Part shown: in pieces, positions 7,620 through 11,673 of the stretch
Layout: each line of letters opens with the position of its first letter
How positions within the stretch are numbered: the stretch's first letter is position 1
DNA from: an uncultured archaeon
Lineage (GTDB): Archaea > Asgardarchaeota > Lokiarchaeia > Sigyniarchaeales > SOKP01
Direction of reading: 5' to 3'
Length of the DNA stretch: 11,673 nt
Assembly: GCA_964583985.1 (NCBI GenBank)
Contig: CAZOYD010000088.1
Coordinates: 1-11,673, forward strand
Notes under the pieces: model-generated
The model's input: the letters and a program-made list of their open reading frames with translations, nothing else
What the model was told of the DNA's origin: nothing
Database searches by the model: none
Position numbers and translations under genes: made by a program

Positions 7620-8159
7620 ATGTTGAAATCATCTGTGGCTCTCATTGGATTTATGGGGACCGGAAAAACGACCATTGGAAAACTCTTGGCAATAAAGCTT
7701 GGAAAACCATATCAATTCATTGAGATGGATCAAATTATTGAGGAAATGGCTGGAAAAACGCTTCAAGAGATTTTTTCGCAAGACGGTGAAAAGTCATTTA
7801 GAAAATTTGAACGAATGGCTTGCTTGAAAGTATCAAAATTAGAAAATCATGTTATCTCTTGTGGTGGAGGGGTTGTTTTAGATAAAAGGAATATTCGAAA
7901 TTTACAGAAAAATAGCTATATTATACTCCTTAAAGCTTCAACAAGGGAAATCTATAATAGAGTAATAAATGAGGGGATTAATATAAGACCGCTCATCAAT
8001 AAAGCAAATCCTAAAGAAGAAATAGAAAAACTATATACCATAAGAAGCTCTATTTATGAATCTGCTGCTGACTTAGAAATTAATACAACTGATAAAGATC
8101 TTGATGACATAGTTGACGAAATTATTGAAAAATTAAAAACCAGAAATCACAATTCATAA
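7620..8159 (+). CDS. aroK: Shikimate kinase, bacterial-type (NMP-kinase fold)
   Basis: LIGFMGTGKTTIG Walker A, GEKSFRKFE, VISCGGGVV, RPL lid motif, RSSIY. Confidence 0.93.
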   Translation: MLKSSVALIGFMGTGKTTIGKLLAIKLGKPYQFIEMDQIIEEMAGKTLQEIFSQDGEKSFRKFERMACLKVSKLENHVISCGGGVVLDKRNIRNLQKNSYIILLKASTREIYNRVINEGINIRPLINKANPKEEIEKLYTIRSSIYESAADLEINTTDKDLDDIVDEIIEKLKTRNHNS

Positions 8160-8530
8160 TTATTTAAACCTTCAATATACCATTTATATAAAGGTTTAAT
8201 TTCTTTGATATCACTTAATACATGTGATTTTTCAAGTAGAACGATAAAAATCTTATCCATTCTGCGAATTGAATTCAGTGTCTTGTTATCTTTCACTTCA
8301 ACCAATTTATTGTTTGATATATCAATAAAATATACAAGAAAATTGTCTATGTATGATTTCTTATATTCCCATTCATAGTTGATCTCTTCTTGTAAATCTT
8401 TGCGAAATTGATTGAAATTTCCATCAATAAGGATCCAACCTTTAAAATGATCTTTGGAATCCTCGTTTAGAACAAAAATTTTACCAAAGCATTCTTTTGG
8501 GGATTTTAGTTTATTTAAATAATCACTCAT
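8147..8530 (-). CDS. Hypothetical protein, about 127 aa
   Basis: Open frame filling the gap between aroK and sdaAB, with protein-like composition. ATG at 8530 preferred over TTG at 8533. The 3' end overlaps aroK by 13 nt. No family recognised. Confidence 0.7.
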   Translation of the reverse strand: MSDYLNKLKSPKECFGKIFVLNEDSKDHFKGWILIDGNFNQFRKDLQEEINYEWEYKKSYIDNFLVYFIDISNNKLVEVKDNKTLNSIRRMDKIFIVLLEKSHVLSDIKEIKPLYKWYIEGLNNYEL

Positions 8531-8684
8531 CAAAAATCGACCTTAAATATTCTTATTTAAATAAATATAATGTTTGGTGTGCGAAATATTTATTCTTTTT
8601 TTATTTTTTTATTTAATTCCCAAAACTAAAATTCATAGTGATATTTGTAAAAAACATTAAAGTTGAAGAAAAGTTGATTAAATT

Positions 8685-9350
8685 GTGAAATACAATTCTA
8701 TATTTGATGTTATTGGCCACATCATGGTTGGACCAAGTTCAAGTCATACAGCGGGTGCGTGTCAAATTGCTTATGTATCTCAAATTTTATTCGGGAAAAA
8801 GCCCAAAATTGTAAAGATTGGACTTCATGGTTCATTTGCTGAGACTTATAAAGGTCATGGCACGGATATCGCAATATTAGGGGGTTTATTAGGATTTAGT
8901 CCGGAAGATGAAAGGATAAAAAATGCTATTGAAATTGCGAAAGATGAAAAACTTTCTTATGAATTTGAACTCGTGGATTTAGGAGCAGAATATCATCCTA
9001 ACTCAGTATCCATTGAGATGAGTGATGGCAAGGATAAAATGACGGTAATAGGCTCTTCAATAGGAGGGGGAAATATCATTATTAAAGAAGTTAATGGATT
9101 AGAAGCCGGTTTTGGGGGTGAACCCAATACTCTAGTCATTCTAAATCAAGATAAAATTGGGGCATTGGTCAACATTGCAAACACGCTAAAATCTTTTAAT
9201 TTAAATATTGGATCCATGAAAATATCAAGAAACCTTAAGAAGAAGATTGCTTTAACGTGGCTAGAAGCAGACTCAATTATTCCCGAAAATTTAATTGATG
9301 CATTAAGTAAGCATCCAGAAATTATATGGGTGAGGATTATTAATGTTTGA
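8685..9350 (+). CDS. sdaAB: L-serine dehydratase, Fe-S dependent, beta subunit with C-terminal ACT domain
   Basis: FDVIGHIMVGPSSSHTAGA, GSFAETYKGHGTD, HPNS, SIGGGNI, and an ACT-like segment NQDKIGAL...NIGSMKISR. GTG start. Confidence 0.93.
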   Translation: MKYNSIFDVIGHIMVGPSSSHTAGACQIAYVSQILFGKKPKIVKIGLHGSFAETYKGHGTDIAILGGLLGFSPEDERIKNAIEIAKDEKLSYEFELVDLGAEYHPNSVSIEMSDGKDKMTVIGSSIGGGNIIIKEVNGLEAGFGGEPNTLVILNQDKIGALVNIANTLKSFNLNIGSMKISRNLKKKIALTWLEADSIIPENLIDALSKHPEIIWVRIINV

Positions 9351-10209
9351 TTCAATATTTCAATTGTTAAATGAATCTAAAGAGCAAAATATCTCTTTAC
9401 ATGAGTTAATACTTAAGGATGAGAGCGAACAAACCCATGTTAATCAATCCTTCATAATTGAACGCTTGAAAAGATCATTATTTATAATGCGACAGTCATT
9501 GGAAAAAGCGCTTTCTTTAAATATTGATTTACCTATAAAAGAAGCGAGTCATCAAGCAGAAAAAATGATTTCACCAGGAGTGTTTCTACACACCAATATT
9601 AAAGAAGCTACTGCCTGGGCCATGGCAATAGGGGAGTATAATAGTGGAATGGGTTTGATAGTTGCGTGTCCGACTGCTGGATCCTCGGGAGTTTTACCAG
9701 CAGTTCTTTTTAAAGCTAAAGAAATTCTTAAAAAATCAGATGAGGATCTCATAAATGCGTTGATAATAGCAGGTGCTGTGGGAGCAATAATTGGAAATCA
9801 AGCCACTTTATCTGGAAGTGAAGGAGGTTGTCAAGCAGAAATAGGAGTGGCTTCTGCCATGGCTGCTGCGGCAATAACCTATATGGCGGATGGTAGTCAT
9901 GATCAAATATCTAACGCAATTGCCCTAACATTGAAAAATGTTCTTGGACTTGTATGTGACCCTGTAGCAGGATTGGTGATATCGCCTTGTATCAAAAGAA
10001 ACGCAATGGGTGTAGTTAATGCATTTTTAGCAGCCGAAATGGCGCTTTCAGGAGTATCTTCAATCATTCCTGCTGATGAAATTATAAGTGCAATGATGGT
10101 TGTGGGTCGAAAAATGCCGTATGAACTAAAGGAGACTGGAAAAGGTGGGATAGCCGCAACTAAAACGGGAAAAAGGATAAAAAAGAATTTATTCGCAGAC
10201 AATGAGTGA
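9343..10209 (+). CDS. sdaAA: L-serine dehydratase, Fe-S dependent, alpha subunit
   Basis: IVACPTAGSSGVLP, GGCQAEIG, LGLVCDPVAGLV, PCIKRNA (three cluster Cys), LKETGKGGIA. Overlaps sdaAB by 8 nt. Confidence 0.95.
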   Translation: MFDSIFQLLNESKEQNISLHELILKDESEQTHVNQSFIIERLKRSLFIMRQSLEKALSLNIDLPIKEASHQAEKMISPGVFLHTNIKEATAWAMAIGEYNSGMGLIVACPTAGSSGVLPAVLFKAKEILKKSDEDLINALIIAGAVGAIIGNQATLSGSEGGCQAEIGVASAMAAAAITYMADGSHDQISNAIALTLKNVLGLVCDPVAGLVISPCIKRNAMGVVNAFLAAEMALSGVSSIIPADEIISAMMVVGRKMPYELKETGKGGIAATKTGKRIKKNLFADNE

Positions 10210-10307
10210 GTATGGTCAATCTAATGTGATTTCTAAATATTATACCTAATTATTATAACGTATTTCTATCTTAAAAACTAAATTTAAATTTATTGAACTT
10301 ATTTTTC

Positions 10308-10314
10308 TTTTAAA
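10308..10314 (+). promoter_or_regulatory. Candidate TATA box for the small zinc-ribbon gene
   Basis: TTTTAAA lies 23-29 nt upstream of the ATG at 10337, with no SD, compatible with a leaderless or short-leader archaeal transcript. Confidence 0.35.
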
Positions 10315-10336
10315 CTAATAAATATAAGATGATAAT

Positions 10337-10510
10337 ATGACTGAAGAATATAAAAGAAATAAGTGCCCAAAATGTTCAGAGACGAATCCTCGTAAGCTTC
10401 ATGAGGAACCTGATAAAACCCAAGTGCTATATTATTCAATGCAAGGTGCTCCTGTATACAAGACAAAAATTAAATGTGGCAATTGTGGATTTTTATTTGA
10501 TAAAGCTTAA
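10337..10510 (+). CDS. Small zinc-ribbon protein, 57 aa (absent from the supplied ORF track)
   Basis: Manual translation: MTEEYKRNKCPKCSETNPRKLHEEPDKTQVLYYSMQGAPVYKTKIKCGNCGFLFDKA*. Contains CPKC and CGNCG knuckles, is less AT-rich than its flanks, and is followed by a T-rich tract. Confidence 0.85.
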   Translation: MTEEYKRNKCPKCSETNPRKLHEEPDKTQVLYYSMQGAPVYKTKIKCGNCGFLFDKA

Positions 10511-10524
10511 TTTTCTTCCTTTTT
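10511..10524 (+). terminator. Oligo-T/pyrimidine tract, archaeal-type terminator candidate
   Basis: TTTTCTTCCTTTTT directly after the TAA of the zinc-ribbon ORF. Confidence 0.5.
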
Positions 10525-10569
10525 GATGAATCATTAAGAATGTACAATTAATTATAATCTGAACCTTAA

Positions 10570-11322
10570 TTATAAACCTAGTTCTAACCATTCTTTAATT
10601 TCCTTGAAATTAATCTGTCCTGGGGCTGTTTCTGTCATAAATGATCCATAAGTTAAGAAAGCCCCGCTTTTCAAACAGTATATTCTAGAAATAATTCCCA
10701 AATCACCCATGCAAAAGGAAATAATATTCCTATTTGACTTTGAATAAAAATTACATAATTGAATGGGAATAAAATTATCTCTAAACTCTTGGGCTGTGAA
10801 AATGAGTTTATAAACACAATTATTTATGGTTTTCACATTAAAATTAAGCTCTTCTAATAATAAATGCTCAAACTTCTCAACTATAGATTTGGAGTGATCA
10901 AGATTTGGTGTTTTTATAAAATCGTGATATGAAAAAATTAGTTTTGTGTCATCAAAATCCATAATATCTTTTACCTTCTTCAAGAGATCCATGTTGGAAT
11001 TCATTTCCAAATCGATAAAATCTGGTTTAGCTTTAATTAAACGTAGTATGATTTTTTGTCTTTTGAGTTCATTAATTTCAAATTTTCCTCCTTCAGATTG
11101 GTGTCTTAAAGTAAATATGGATGATACATCAGAAGGAATTAGCTCCTTCAAATTTCGTAAAAAATCAGTTGTTATTAGTTCTATTTCTTTAAGGTAATCA
11201 AAACGAAATTCAATGAAATTTGAACCAGATCTTATGCTTTCTCTAATAATTAGTTCAAAATCTTTATAATTCCCCGAATTAACTGGGAGTGCTAAACATA
11301 TATTAAGAGAATTTGATTTCAT
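10570..11322 (-). CDS. aroD: Type I 3-dehydroquinate dehydratase
   Basis: IEFRFDYL, IFTLRHQSEGG, FIDLE, FSYHDF (catalytic His), YKL (probable Schiff-base Lys), MGDLGIISRI, TAPGQI. Confidence 0.93.
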   Translation of the reverse strand: MKSNSLNICLALPVNSGNYKDFELIIRESIRSGSNFIEFRFDYLKEIELITTDFLRNLKELIPSDVSSIFTLRHQSEGGKFEINELKRQKIILRLIKAKPDFIDLEMNSNMDLLKKVKDIMDFDDTKLIFSYHDFIKTPNLDHSKSIVEKFEHLLLEELNFNVKTINNCVYKLIFTAQEFRDNFIPIQLCNFYSKSNRNIISFCMGDLGIISRIYCLKSGAFLTYGSFMTETAPGQINFKEIKEWLELGL

Positions 11323-11356
11323 GATTTCGTAAAAAAAAATAATTAAGGAAAAAAAT

Positions 11357-11673
11357 TTAAATTTCTAGAATTGCTTTAATCTGGTCTCCTGTAAGTTCTA
11401 GGGTGTTCTCTGCATTTATTTTTCTGAGTAGTTTCTTCTTTTTGTAATACTTAATTATGGGTTTGGCATTTTTTTCATAGGCATCCAAGCGATTTTTTAG
11501 TGTTTCTTCATTATCATCGCTTCTTTGTTCAAATTTAATTTCTGCACCACATTTATCACAGATTCCTTCCTTCTTTGGAGGAAGTGTGTACTTGTTATAG
11601 ATATCTCCACAATTTTTACAGGAGTATCTCCCCAAAATTCTTTTTTTGATAATATCTCTACTTACCTCTAATA
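11357..11673 (-). CDS. adk: Adenylate kinase with Zn-binding LID, C-terminal part (5' end outside the window)
   Basis: Frame stays open to the window edge (LEVSRDIIKKRILGRYSC), so the TTG at 11635 is internal. LID CKNC...CDKC, QRSDDNEETLKNRL..Y, PIIKYY. Confidence 0.92.
   Translation of the reverse strand, partial: LEVSRDIIKKRILGRYSCKNCGDIYNKYTLPPKKEGICDKCGAEIKFEQRSDDNEETLKNRLDAYEKNAKPIIKYYKKKKLLRKINAENTLELTGDQIKAILEI

Noticed and set aside
9146-10202. Minus-strand ORFs 9146-9355, 9552-9752 and 9903-10202
   Set aside because: Antisense shadows of sdaAB/sdaAA.
910-10209. TGA stops as possible selenocysteine read-through sites
   Set aside because: The TGA codons end complete proteins, mostly in start/stop overlaps, and none sits at a catalytic Cys position. 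I recognised no convincing SECIS.
10279-10292. Palindrome TAAATTTAAATTTA
   Set aside because: All-AT and low complexity, and a similar word occurs at about 11353-11364, so it is probably background.
10946-11197. 83-aa plus-strand ORF
   Set aside because: Antisense to aroD, with Ser-rich shadow composition.
1-11673. CRISPR arrays, tRNA/rRNA genes, transposases, integrases, defence genes
   Set aside because: No regularly spaced repeats, no GC-rich cloverleaf-like segments and no such protein motifs seen by eye. Nearly all the sequence is explained by metabolic CDSs.

Overview
An AT-rich, gene-dense metabolic window with no tRNA, rRNA, CRISPR array, transposase or integrase that I can see. Oligo-T tracts after genes, TATA-like boxes about 25-33 nt upstream of two start codons, and the protein styles suggest an archaeon, possibly Asgard/Lokiarchaeia-like (inference only). 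In order: a 5'-truncated FAD oxidoreductase (geranylgeranyl reductase/FixC family) coupled to a FixX-like 2x[4Fe-4S] ferredoxin; on the minus strand LeuD/LeuC-type aconitase-family subunits, a membrane-embedded M28 peptidase, tmk, tyrA and aroE; divergently a flavin reductase and a bacterial-type aroK; an orphan ORF; the two-subunit Fe-S L-serine dehydratase (sdaAB/sdaAA); a 57-aa zinc-ribbon gene missing from the ORF track (10337-10510); type I aroD; and the 3' part of a Zn-lid adenylate kinase. I cannot demonstrate a wholly new system. The best leads are the partial shikimate cluster with an embedded flavin reductase, the hidden zinc-ribbon gene, the LeuCD pair with a non-canonical substrate loop, the atypical GGR/FixC-ferredoxin pair, and a long-range inverted repeat between tyrA and tmk.
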